Shown piece by piece: positions 8,477 to 17,859 of a stretch of 64,000 nucleotides of DNA. Under the pieces are notes generated by a model. The model did not search any database and was not told the origin of the DNA. It saw only the letters and a list, made by a program, of their open reading frames with translations. Source of the DNA: an uncultured bacterium (lineage in GTDB: Bacteria > Planctomycetota > Phycisphaerae > Phycisphaerales > SM1A02); assembly GCA_903898755.1 (NCBI GenBank), contig CAIUGT010000125.1, positions 2,386 through 66,385 of the forward strand, in the 5' to 3' direction. The number at the start of each line of letters is the position of its first letter. Position 1 is the stretch's first letter. The position numbers were made by a program, and so were the translations under genes.

Positions 8477-9217
8477 GTGAACGACACAGCATCGCTTCAT
8501 TGGAAAACTGGCAGTAGCGAGCCCGCACATGAGTCCAGTGTCAGCAAAATTCAATCGTCTATTTCAGCGCAAGAAAACATACACGCTCTTCAATCAAGCG
8601 CCTCCGAGTTGGGTTGGAGCAAGTCCTTGCGCCACCGTCCCTATGAAGATGTTCAGGCCCTGATCACTGGCACTCTGTTCTCGGCTTTTGGTGTTGTCAT
8701 GTTTAGCAACGCAGGGCTAGTCACCGGTGGCACAGCGGGTCTGGTGTTCTTAATTCATTATTCGACAGGATGGAATTTTGGTTTGATATTTTTTCTAATC
8801 AACCTTCCTTTTTACGCGCTCGCTTGGAAACGCATGGAAAAAGCGTTCATGTTGAAAACATTTATATCGATTGGATTGGTTTCGATGCTGGTGAATGTTT
8901 TACCCGAGTTTGTTCGTTTTAAAGAACTGTCGCCCGTGCTTGCAGCAATTCTGGGTGGTTTATTCATGGGTATGGGCATGCTTATTTTGTTTCGTCATAG
9001 GGCCAGTTTGGGTGGATTCAATGTGCTGGTGTTGTATTTACAAGAAAAATATCGGTGGCGTGCCGGTCGCGTTCAAATGTTATTTGACAGCCTGATTGTG
9101 CTGAGTTCAATGGCTTTGGTCAGTTGGCAACAATTCGCTTTGTCGGTATTGGGCGTGGTGATTTTAAACCAAACATTAGCCACCAACTACAGGGCGGGGC
9201 GCTATTCAACGCTGTAA
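8477..9217 (+). CDS. YitT-family membrane protein
   Basis: GTG start. The core GGTAGLVFLIHYSTGWNFGLIFFLINLPFYALAWKRMG and about 5 TM helices are characteristic of YitT/DUF161. Confidence 0.65.
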   Translation: MNDTASLHWKTGSSEPAHESSVSKIQSSISAQENIHALQSSASELGWSKSLRHRPYEDVQALITGTLFSAFGVVMFSNAGLVTGGTAGLVFLIHYSTGWNFGLIFFLINLPFYALAWKRMEKAFMLKTFISIGLVSMLVNVLPEFVRFKELSPVLAAILGGLFMGMGMLILFRHRASLGGFNVLVLYLQEKYRWRAGRVQMLFDSLIVLSSMALVSWQQFALSVLGVVILNQTLATNYRAGRYSTL

Positions 9218-9290
9218 TTGAAACCAAGCGGTACTGTCATGTTTTCATAATCCAAATTCGTATGTGCTCGAAACTGAATGAGGTATAACC

Positions 9291-9737
9291 ATGGTGTTCA
9301 CGCCACACTTATCAGAAAGGGTAGAACCAATGTCCGTCAAGAAAAAAACTAAATCACTGCACAAATTAAATTCGCGCTCGACCGTCAAAGTAAAGCCATC
9401 CAAAGAAGTTTCCTCACTGCCTGAAACTTTCAAGAAATTTGCAGCACGCTTTCCAGAATTAACCAGTGCCCATGAAAAAATGGGCAAATCAATTTCTGTT
9501 GCAGGTTCGCTTTCAAAGCGAGAGCAAACTCTTGTCAAGATTGGATTGTGTGTTGGCGCGGGCATGGAGTCGGCGTTGCGCAGTCATGTTCGACGTGCTT
9601 TGCAGGGTGGAATTTCGGTTCGTGAAATAGAGCACGCAGTTGCTCAGGCCATGACCACGCTTGGATTTCCGCGCACGGTACAGGCATGGAGTTGGGCGCA
9701 CATTCAAATTGAACGCAGCGCGCGCGGCACTCTTTAA
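9291..9737 (+). CDS. Carboxymuconolactone decarboxylase (AhpD-like) family protein
   Basis: CMD-type helical motif KREQTLVKIGLCVGAGMESALRSHVRRALQGGISVREIEHAVAQAMTTLGFPR. An alternative start is ATG 9330. Confidence 0.7.
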   Translation: MVFTPHLSERVEPMSVKKKTKSLHKLNSRSTVKVKPSKEVSSLPETFKKFAARFPELTSAHEKMGKSISVAGSLSKREQTLVKIGLCVGAGMESALRSHVRRALQGGISVREIEHAVAQAMTTLGFPRTVQAWSWAHIQIERSARGTL

Positions 9738-9939
9738 GAAGCGAAAGCTCGCCCATTATATAAAGTCCGAATAATTACACTGATTTTGATCAATTTTATA
9801 AGTATTGAGTAAAATAATCAGGAATCCGCCTTGCAAGCAAGAGCTCACCCGCTACAATTTAAGAGAATAATATCTTTTTATCTGTATATAAAGAGTCAGA
9901 ATAAGTTTGCCGTCAATACAACTTTTTGAAAGGTCGCAC

Positions 9940-10647
9940 ATGGAACCAATTACTTTAACGCCCGCAAATTCCGTGGGTCAATGGGCTGCTTCTTCGCCGG
10001 CCGCTGCCCGCACCCTAGCTGACATTGGTCTTGATATTTGCTGTGGCGGAAAACGTGCGCTGCTCGATGCGTGCCGTGAAAAAAATATGGATCCATCCGA
10101 TGTGGTGCAAAAAGTGTGCGCGGCACAAAATGCGCGCCAGGCTGATGGAGAAAGTGATCCAGCTCTCATGCCATTAGCAGAGTTAACACAGCACATTGTG
10201 GATACGCATCATGCGTATTTGCGACAAGCGTTGCCTCGTATCGAATATTGGATAGAAAAAATGGTCAAGGCTCATGGCGACAAGAATCCATCTTTCAGCG
10301 AATTGCTTGAGGTGTTTAAGGGTTTGCATATTGAAATGCAAACACACATGGACAAAGAGGAAAATATTTTGTTCCCAATGGCGGCGGCTATGGAATGCGG
10401 TATTCGACCCGCAATGAATTTAATGTATCCCGTGGCGTGCATGGAGCAAGATCACCAAGAAGCTGGTTTGGCTCTTGCTCGGATCAAGGAACTCACAAGA
10501 AGTTTTTCTGCACCGCCCAACGCGTGCACGACATGGCGAGCAGCCTATTCAGCATTGGCAGAATTAGATGCAGACATGCACCGCCATGTTCATAAAGAAA
10601 ATAATGTTTTATTTCCACGCATTATTGAAATGCAAAAAATGAATTGA
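9940..10647 (+). CDS. ric: Iron-sulfur cluster repair di-iron protein (RIC; YtfE/ScdA family)
   Basis: It has an N-terminal ScdA-type domain with DICCGG, then a hemerythrin-like domain with His/Glu ligands (HHAYL, HMDKEENILFP, HQEAG, HVHKENNVLFP). ATG 9940 is preferred over TTG 9907. Confidence 0.85.
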   Translation: MEPITLTPANSVGQWAASSPAAARTLADIGLDICCGGKRALLDACREKNMDPSDVVQKVCAAQNARQADGESDPALMPLAELTQHIVDTHHAYLRQALPRIEYWIEKMVKAHGDKNPSFSELLEVFKGLHIEMQTHMDKEENILFPMAAAMECGIRPAMNLMYPVACMEQDHQEAGLALARIKELTRSFSAPPNACTTWRAAYSALAELDADMHRHVHKENNVLFPRIIEMQKMN

Positions 10648-10689
10648 ACACTGCTCAAGTTGAAAATTGAAATCAAAACAAGAACGCAT

Positions 10690-13600
10690 ATGAACAAGCC
10701 TTTACCAATGGTTTCCCGGAGAAACTTTCTAAGCACTCTTGCCGCCACAAGCATTAGTTCGTTGGCTATCAGTAGGCATGCAATGGCTGCCATTGGCGCA
10801 TTGACGCCCATGGATGTCGCCAATCCATTAGCCGCATATCCAAACCGTGATTGGGAAAAGGTGTATCGCAATCTGTATAAACATGACTCTTCATTTGTGT
10901 TCATGTGCGCGCCCAACGACACGCATAATTGTTTGTTGCGGGGATTTGTGAAGAACGGCGTGGTGACTCGTATTGGCCCAAGTTGGGGCTACAACAAGGC
11001 CACCGATCTAGCAGGAAATAAAGCAAGCGCGCGTTGGGATCCGCGATGTTGTCAAAAAGGAATCGCGCTTGCCAGAAGATTTTATGGCGACCGCCGCATT
11101 AAAGAACCATTAGTTCGTCAAGGAATGCTTGATTGGCTTCAAGCGGGCAAGCCGCGCGGTACTGATGGAGCCATCGATCCGAAATATTTAAAGCGTGGCC
11201 ACGATTCATTTGTGCCAGTGACTTGGGAAAAAGCGTTCGAAGCGACCGCTGAAACAATGGTGGACATTGCCAAGACCTACAACGGAAAACAAGGCCAAGA
11301 AAAATTACTTGCGCAGGGATATGACCCGCTCATGGTTGAAACAACAGGCGGCGCGGGCACGCAAGTGATGAAGTTTCGTGGCGGTATGCCGCTCCTTGGA
11401 TTGACGCGCGTGATGGCGCAGTACCGTCTTGCCAACAGCATGGCGCTTTTGGACAGCACGTTGCGCGGAGTCGGCCCCGACCAAGCGGTTGGTGCGCGCG
11501 GCTTTGATAATTATTCATGGCACACGGATCTTCCGCCAGGACACCCAATGGTCACTGGTCAGCAGACCAATGATTTTGATTTGTGCATGGTTGAACACAG
11601 CAAAATGGTGATTGTGTGGGGCATGAATTGGATCGCAACCAAAATGCCGGACAGTCATTGGCTGACGGAAGCCAGAATGAAGGGCACGAAAGTTGTTGTG
11701 ATTGCTTGCGAATATTCCGCCACGGCAAACAAGTCAGACGAGTTGATTGTTGTGCGGCCTGGAACCACGCCCGCGCTTGCGCTTGGATTGGCGCAAGTCA
11801 TCATGAGTGAAAAACTCTATGACGACGCTTTTGTGCGCCGCCACACGGATCTACCGCTATTGATTCGTTTGGATAACGGAAAAATGTTGCGCGCCGCGGA
11901 GGTGTTCCCTGGATATCAAGCCGCGGTATTGACCAATGGAATCACCGTAGTCAAAACAGGTGAAAAACCACCAAGTACGTTGGAGCAATCGGGTGCGTTT
12001 GTGTCGCAGGAAAAACGAGCGGAGTGGGGCGACTATGTTGCTTATGACGATGTGGCCAAAAAGCCAGTGGCGGTGAATCGCGACCAGGTTGGTGACAAGG
12101 CAAACGCGCTTCCCAAAGGGTTGGCGTTGGACATTCGCACAAAAATAAAGTTGGCCGATGGCGGAGAAGTGGAATGCGCCACCGTTTGGAACGCCACCAA
12201 GCAAATGCTTGACAACGCGTACACGCCCGATTCCGTGGAGAAATTAACGTGGGCCAAGGCGGAGGCCATTCAAAGCTTGGCGCGACAAATTGCGGACAAC
12301 GCTGGCGGCGTTGCTTTCGCATGCGGCATGGGTCCCAATCAGTTCTTCAACAGCGACCTGAAGGACCGCGGCGTGTTTCTTGTTGCCGCGCTCACTGGCA
12401 ATGTTGGTAAAAAAGGCGGAAATGTAGGCAGTTATGCGGGTAATTATCGCATTGCCTATATGAGCGGCTTGCCGCAGTACATCTTGGAAAATCCATTTGA
12501 TATTGAACTTGATCCCACAAAGCCAGCGCGCTCCAAGCGTTATTGGAAACCTGAAAGCGTTCATTACTTCAACCACGGCGACATGATTTTGCGCAAAGGC
12601 AAAGCTGTGTTGACAGGCAAGACGCATTTGCCAACGCCGACAAAGTCAGTGTGTGTTTCCAACTCCAACAGTTTGATTGGAAATGTAAAGGGGCACTATG
12701 ACTTTGTTATTAACACATTGAAGCGCGTGGAATTGATCGCCATCAATGAGTGGTGGTGGACCGCTTCCTGCGAATATGCGGATGTTGTATTTCCTGTCGA
12801 TAGTTGGGCGGAGTTTCGCTATCCAGACATGACCATGTCGGTCACGAATCCGTTTGTGCAAGTGTTTCCAACTTCTCCGTTGCCGCGCATTCACAACACG
12901 CGCGGAGATATTGAAGTGGCGAAGGGTCTTGGCGAAGCCATTGGAAAACTGACAAATGATTCTCGGCATGCGGACTATTGGAAATTCATCAATGAAAAAG
13001 ATCGCGCGTTGCCTTATTTGCAACGCATGATGGATCAGTCCAACGCCATGCGTGGTTACAAAATTGAGGCCTTGGAAAAGAATGCGGAGCTTGGCATTCC
13101 GGCGATTCTGAACACGCGCACTTATCCAAAGTATTCAAGCTTTGAGCAAATTGAGGAGTCAAAGCCGTGGTATACAAAAACTGGTCGTTTGGAATTTTAT
13201 CGCGAAGAAGCTGAATTCCAAGATGCCGGAGAGAACGTGGTCATTCATCGCGAGCCGATTGACTCCACTCCATACGATCCGGCTTCATTGGTGTCGGCGC
13301 CACATCCATTGTTGCGGCCCAAGTCACCAGAAGATTATGGAACAAAAACTTCCGATCGCGACGCTGATTCGCGTCAAGCACGGCATGTGATTTACACCAC
13401 TGATGAGTTGCTTCAAACAGCGCATCCCTTGACCGAGCATGATCCGAATTATCGATTTGTTTTTCACACGCCAAAATATCGCCATGGAGCACACAGCACT
13501 CCCGTTGATCTAGACATTATCGCGGTTTGGTTTGGTCCCTTTGGCGACATGCATCGCCGCGACAAGCGAATGCCATTTGTGAATGAGGCATACGTAGATA

Positions 13601-14232
13601 TCAATCCCCTTGATGGCAAGTCGCTTGGTGTTGAGGATGGTGATTATGTTTTCATTGACGCCGATCCGCACGATCGACCGTTCAAAGGTTGGCAAAATAA
13701 TCCAGAGGGATACGCCGTGGCGCGTTTGATTGCGCGCGCCCGTTATTACCCAGGCACGCCGCGTGGAATTACACGCATGTGGCACAACATGTATGGCGCA
13801 ACATTTAGTTCCGTGGCGGCGGCGAAGGTGCGAGCGGATGGTTTGGCAAAATCCAAGGATACGAATTATCAAGCCAGTTTCCGCTCTGGTTCGCATCAAA
13901 GTTGCACGCGTGGTTGGCTCAAACCAACATGGATGACGGATTCATTGGTGGTGAAGGAGTTGCTGAATCAAGGCATTACTCAAGGATTTGTTCCTGACGT
14001 GCATTGTCCGGTCGGTGCTCCTCGTGAATCAATGGTGCGCATCACCAAGGCGGAAAATGGCGGACTCGGTGGCGAAGGAATTTGGTCACCAGAGACTCTT
14101 GGATATCGCCCCACGTATGAAAGTGACGCGATGAAAAAATTTATTCTTGGAGGATTTGTGACTCGTTCATTCATGGCGAATGTCACAAGCCCGCTTGTTG
14201 TTCCAATCACAAAAATTACTTCTCCAATGTAA
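10690..14232 (+). CDS. Tat-exported molybdopterin oxidoreductase alpha subunit, NarG/NxrA-like (type II DMSO reductase family), 1180 aa
   Basis: It has the twin-arginine signal [33 protein letters not shown] and the FS0 region [19 protein letters not shown]...RCCQKG. Segments resemble NarG, for example [21 protein letters not shown] and [32 protein letters not shown]. The length is in the NarG/NxrA range. Confidence 0.85.
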   Translation: MNKPLPMVSRRNFLSTLAATSISSLAISRHAMAAIGALTPMDVANPLAAYPNRDWEKVYRNLYKHDSSFVFMCAPNDTHNCLLRGFVKNGVVTRIGPSWGYNKATDLAGNKASARWDPRCCQKGIALARRFYGDRRIKEPLVRQGMLDWLQAGKPRGTDGAIDPKYLKRGHDSFVPVTWEKAFEATAETMVDIAKTYNGKQGQEKLLAQGYDPLMVETTGGAGTQVMKFRGGMPLLGLTRVMAQYRLANSMALLDSTLRGVGPDQAVGARGFDNYSWHTDLPPGHPMVTGQQTNDFDLCMVEHSKMVIVWGMNWIATKMPDSHWLTEARMKGTKVVVIACEYSATANKSDELIVVRPGTTPALALGLAQVIMSEKLYDDAFVRRHTDLPLLIRLDNGKMLRAAEVFPGYQAAVLTNGITVVKTGEKPPSTLEQSGAFVSQEKRAEWGDYVAYDDVAKKPVAVNRDQVGDKANALPKGLALDIRTKIKLADGGEVECATVWNATKQMLDNAYTPDSVEKLTWAKAEAIQSLARQIADNAGGVAFACGMGPNQFFNSDLKDRGVFLVAALTGNVGKKGGNVGSYAGNYRIAYMSGLPQYILENPFDIELDPTKPARSKRYWKPESVHYFNHGDMILRKGKAVLTGKTHLPTPTKSVCVSNSNSLIGNVKGHYDFVINTLKRVELIAINEWWWTASCEYADVVFPVDSWAEFRYPDMTMSVTNPFVQVFPTSPLPRIHNTRGDIEVAKGLGEAIGKLTNDSRHADYWKFINEKDRALPYLQRMMDQSNAMRGYKIEALEKNAELGIPAILNTRTYPKYSSFEQIEESKPWYTKTGRLEFYREEAEFQDAGENVVIHREPIDSTPYDPASLVSAPHPLLRPKSPEDYGTKTSDRDADSRQARHVIYTTDELLQTAHPLTEHDPNYRFVFHTPKYRHGAHSTPVDLDIIAVWFGPFGDMHRRDKRMPFVNEAYVDINPLDGKSLGVEDGDYVFIDADPHDRPFKGWQNNPEGYAVARLIARARYYPGTPRGITRMWHNMYGATFSSVAAAKVRADGLAKSKDTNYQASFRSGSHQSCTRGWLKPTWMTDSLVVKELLNQGITQGFVPDVHCPVGAPRESMVRITKAENGGLGGEGIWSPETLGYRPTYESDAMKKFILGGFVTRSFMANVTSPLVVPITKITSPM

Positions 14233-14241
14233 GAAGCCACC

Positions 14242-15369
14242 ATGCCAAAGATTTTCAATAAACAGATTGATCGTGAAATGGATTATCCGTACGAAACCTC
14301 GCCACCGAAGCGGCAGGTGGCGTACATATTTGACACCAACAAATGTATCGCGTGTCAGACCTGCACCATTGCGTGCAAGACATGTTGGACATCCGGCCGC
14401 GGGCAAGAACATATTTTCTACAACAACGTGGAGACCAAGCCATACGGAAGTTATCCAATGGGTTGGGATACAAAATTGCAAGAGCAGCGTGTGCAGGTGA
14501 CGTGGAACAACAAGCGTTTAGAGTCGCCAACTATTTTCGAAGGCAATTCACCCAATTCTCCGCCAGATGGTTGGCGGCCAACAAGTGAGGATTATGCGCA
14601 TCCCAATCATGGTGAAGATGACATCTCTGGCATCATCGAGAAGACCGCGCACTTTGCAGGTGAGCACCCCATGTGGATGTTTTATTTGGCGCGCATTTGT
14701 AACCATTGCACAACTCCCGCGTGCCTGGCGGCTTGTCCGCGCAAGGCCATTTACAAGCGTGAAGAAGATGGCATTGTGTTGGTGGATCAGGAACGCTGCC
14801 GTGGATATCAAGAATGTGTTCGCGCGTGTCCATATAAGAAAGTTTTTTACAACGCAGTGAGTCGCGCCAGCGAAAAATGCATTGGCTGTTTTCCGCGTGT
14901 GGAGCAAGGCTTGCAGGCTTTGTGCGTGGAAGGCTGTATTGGGAAAATCCGCATGCATGGTTTTATTTCAACGCAGACACCTCCGCGCGAGGACAATCCG
15001 CTTGACTACATCATTCACATTCGAAAGTTGGCGCTTCCGCTGTATCCACAATTTGGAACTGGTCCAAATGTCTATTACGTGCCGCCGATCCATGTACCGA
15101 TTGGGTTTTGTGAGCAACTCTTTGGTCCAGGTGTGGAGGAGTCTGTTTCGTTGTATCGCAAACTGAAAGACGATCCAAAATTGCTTGGAGCATTGTTCCT
15201 GTTTGGTTCCACCGATCACATCATTGAGCATTTTGAGGTGAAGGACCAAGTTGCAATTGGTTGGAATGCCAAAGGTGATGAAGTTTCTCGCGTTCCATTC
15301 ACTGAATACACCTATGTGCGCCCACACCATGACAAAGAATTTCAGGTGTACAGGCATAACACGGCTTGA
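14242..15369 (+). CDS. NarH/NxrB-like iron-sulfur beta subunit
   Basis: There are four Cys groups: CIACQTCTIAC, CNHCTTPACLAACP, CRGYQECVRACP (an aromatic residue sits where NarH has Trp, implying a 3Fe-4S cluster) and CIGCFPRVEQGLQALCVEGC. The gene starts 10 nt after the alpha stop. Confidence 0.85.
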   Translation: MPKIFNKQIDREMDYPYETSPPKRQVAYIFDTNKCIACQTCTIACKTCWTSGRGQEHIFYNNVETKPYGSYPMGWDTKLQEQRVQVTWNNKRLESPTIFEGNSPNSPPDGWRPTSEDYAHPNHGEDDISGIIEKTAHFAGEHPMWMFYLARICNHCTTPACLAACPRKAIYKREEDGIVLVDQERCRGYQECVRACPYKKVFYNAVSRASEKCIGCFPRVEQGLQALCVEGCIGKIRMHGFISTQTPPREDNPLDYIIHIRKLALPLYPQFGTGPNVYYVPPIHVPIGFCEQLFGPGVEESVSLYRKLKDDPKLLGALFLFGSTDHIIEHFEVKDQVAIGWNAKGDEVSRVPFTEYTYVRPHHDKEFQVYRHNTA

Positions 15370-15407
15370 TTGCACAGCATGTTTTACTTTTGAAATAAGG
15401 AATTCAC

Positions 15408-16355
15408 ATGACATACAAAAATACTTTAAGCAGCAAACGAATGCTTCCGCTGCACGGATTGGCGGGCGCGGTGTTTTTGGTGATTGCGGCGGCGTTTGTT
15501 TGGCGCATGCCATCCAATTCCAAAGCCACAGATACCACGAAAGATATTGTGGCGGTCAGTCCATTACATGTGACAAAAATCGCAACCCTTGGTGCGCCGG
15601 ATCCAACGGCTTCCTATTGGAAATCCGCGACCGTTGCGGTGGTTCCATTGCTTCCGCAAACAATCACCAAGCCCACAATTGAAAAATCGGAAATACATTC
15701 AATGGAAGTCCAGGCCGTGAGTGACGGGACAAATATTGCATGGCGACTTGCGTGGGCGGATCCCGAGGCCGACTCCGCGGTGGATTCTGGAAAATTTTCA
15801 GATGCGTGCGCCATTCAATTTCCAATTGGAACCAATACAAATTTAATGATGGGTCATGGTGGCGAAGTTGAGATTTTCTTGTGGAAAGCGATTTGGCAGC
15901 GAGATGTGAATCTTGGATTTCAAGATATTCGCGACCTGCATCCAAATGCATGGACCGATTTGTATTGGTTTTCCAAAGGTGGACTTGAAACAAATATAAA
16001 AGACGCGTTCGCGGATCCGCGAGCCAAGCAATGGATGATTGCGTTGACCGCGGGAAATCCAATGAGTCAAATGGATCGCAAACAACCTTGCGAAGAATGC
16101 ACGGCGAAAGGCTTCGGAACAATCGCCACACAGGCACAGCAATCATCACAAGCTGTTGGTGTCTGGGCTGGCGGGCAATGGGCCGTTGTTTTTCAACGAC
16201 CCCTTCGCACAGAAGATGTCACGGATTATCAATTTGGACTTCACGCATCAGAGTTTGCGCTTGCTGTCTGGCAAGGTAGCGCCAAGCAAGCTGGCGGTCG
16301 CAAGCAATTTTCTGGATGGGTTCCATTTGAATTGCTAAACGGAAATATCAAATGA
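15408..16355 (+). CDS. EB_dh-type (ethylbenzene dehydrogenase gamma-like) haem-b subunit
   Basis: An N-terminal signal/anchor (LHGLAGAVFLVIAAAFVW) is followed by VQAVSDGTNIAWRLAWADPEADSAVDSGKFSDACAIQFP, which is characteristic of the gamma subunits of periplasmic Nar-type enzymes (NxrC/SerC/ClrC/DdhC/EbdC). Confidence 0.7.
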   Translation: MTYKNTLSSKRMLPLHGLAGAVFLVIAAAFVWRMPSNSKATDTTKDIVAVSPLHVTKIATLGAPDPTASYWKSATVAVVPLLPQTITKPTIEKSEIHSMEVQAVSDGTNIAWRLAWADPEADSAVDSGKFSDACAIQFPIGTNTNLMMGHGGEVEIFLWKAIWQRDVNLGFQDIRDLHPNAWTDLYWFSKGGLETNIKDAFADPRAKQWMIALTAGNPMSQMDRKQPCEECTAKGFGTIATQAQQSSQAVGVWAGGQWAVVFQRPLRTEDVTDYQFGLHASEFALAVWQGSAKQAGGRKQFSGWVPFELLNGNIK

Positions 16356-17080
16356 ACGACTCGATCAAATCCTATGCCACAGCCGATCTTTTGATGCTTC
16401 TGACAAGCGCGATTGCTGGAAAGCAATCAGAGGATCAAAATCCAAGCCATGATGAACTGCAGGAGTTGGTTCGTTATGCGCAATTGCCAGACGATGTGAT
16501 AGGCCCCATGCACGAAGCGCTGCGCGCATTTTATGAAGCGCCTGCGAATGAATTGCATATGGAACGAGGCAGATTGTATTCGGCGGCGCAAGCGTGTCCG
16601 CCATACGAGGCCGCGTATGTGCGCCGCGACAAGGGTGCATTACTAGCGGATATCGCTGGATTTTACCATGCATTTGGTTTGCATTTGGATGAGCAGGTCC
16701 ATGAACGTCCCGACCATATTGTGATGGAATTGGAATTTCTTGCGTTGGCATTTGTCATGCTTGGAAATGCGCAAAAAGATGAAAACAGCGATGGTCTGGC
16801 GGTGTGTTGGCACTCCATTGCATTGTTTGCCAACGAACATCTTGGTGAGTGGATTGAATCGTTTGCCACAGTGCTCAGCGCGACAAGCACGGATGACGTG
16901 CATCCACGTATAGCCCATGCGGTTGGAGTTTTCTGGGAAGCCTTGCGCGAGCGGGAGTGTTGGTCAAAACCAAGTTGCCCTGGAATTGCTCCAGATATTC
17001 AGAACAAAAGTGAACATGACAGTCAATGGGATTGCGTTGGCGCCCAAGAACATGTTTGTGAAAAGGAGATTCAATCATGA
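16352..17080 (+). CDS. TorD/NarJ-family redox-enzyme maturation chaperone
   Basis: It overlaps the gamma gene by ATGA. It has the family motif PDHIVMELEFLALAFVML and lacks a signal peptide. Confidence 0.7.
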   Translation: MNDSIKSYATADLLMLLTSAIAGKQSEDQNPSHDELQELVRYAQLPDDVIGPMHEALRAFYEAPANELHMERGRLYSAAQACPPYEAAYVRRDKGALLADIAGFYHAFGLHLDEQVHERPDHIVMELEFLALAFVMLGNAQKDENSDGLAVCWHSIALFANEHLGEWIESFATVLSATSTDDVHPRIAHAVGVFWEALRERECWSKPSCPGIAPDIQNKSEHDSQWDCVGAQEHVCEKEIQS

Positions 17081-17859
17081 GTGAAGAAGATCATCAATTT
17101 TCCCAAGCACAGCAGGCAACTCACCCCGCGCGGAAAATTGTCTTTGGCAGCCTGATTAGCTTAAGTGTTTTGCCCATTGCAATGCTGCTTATTGCCGTGC
17201 TGTGGAGCGTAAAGCCAATGATTAAACAGTCATCTGCGCAAAATGATACGGCGCAAGAAAGTGCGGCCACCAACGGACATGTGAAAGGTGCGCTGATTAA
17301 TTTTGCGACATGCGCAACGTGCCACGGCGTGAATGGTGAAGGAAATGCAAAAATGCATGCCCCGCGAATAGCGGATCTTCCGCCTTGGTATGTAAAAGCG
17401 CAACTAGAAAAATTTCAAAACGGTTTACGCGGCGTGAATCCAACTGATGTCTATGGCCAGACCATGCGGCCAATGGCGATGCAAGTGCAGGATGTGGACG
17501 CGATGGCGAAGATTGTCTCCGATTTAGAGGGACATCGCGGACGATTTGCGCCCACGGGACCAGTCATTACAGGCAATGTTGATCATGGTCGAGTTTTATA
17601 TGCACAGTGCGTGGCTTGTCATGGCGTAAATGGCTTGGGTGAGCGTGGCGTGAAAAGTCCCACTATTGCGGGGCAAGAAAGTTGGTACGTGCAACAACAG
17701 TTAATGAATTTCCGAAGTGGTACGCGTGGAATTTCTACTGCGGACCGGGAGGGAAATTTAATGAGGATCATTGTCGCTCCTCTCAGTGATGCAGACATCG
17801 CTGACTTGGCGATTTTTGTGAACGCAATGGGTAACAAAAAAACTGTGACACCACAATGA
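17077..17859 (+). CDS. Membrane-anchored dihaem c-type cytochrome (class I, c4-like)
   Basis: ATGA overlap with the chaperone gene. There is one N-terminal TM helix (IVFGSLISLSVLPIAMLLIAVLW). Two CxxCH sites (CATCH, CVACH) are each followed by a P-x-I-A...WY...QL..F..G.RG module. Confidence 0.85.
   Translation: MSEEDHQFSQAQQATHPARKIVFGSLISLSVLPIAMLLIAVLWSVKPMIKQSSAQNDTAQESAATNGHVKGALINFATCATCHGVNGEGNAKMHAPRIADLPPWYVKAQLEKFQNGLRGVNPTDVYGQTMRPMAMQVQDVDAMAKIVSDLEGHRGRFAPTGPVITGNVDHGRVLYAQCVACHGVNGLGERGVKSPTIAGQESWYVQQQLMNFRSGTRGISTADREGNLMRIIVAPLSDADIADLAIFVNAMGNKKTVTPQ

Noticed and set aside
9786-9799. FNR/CRP-like box TTGAT-CAAT-TTTAT upstream of ric
   Set aside because: Only the first half-site matches TTGAT-N4-ATCAA; the second matches at 2 of 5 positions. 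I also found no convincing FNR box upstream of ccoNO.
10690-17859. Interpretation as a (per)chlorate or selenate reductase
   Set aside because: There is no chlorite dismutase or other pathway-specific gene nearby, and the alpha subunit is about 200 aa longer than I recall for Pcr/Clr/Ser enzymes. Without phylogeny this is not excluded.
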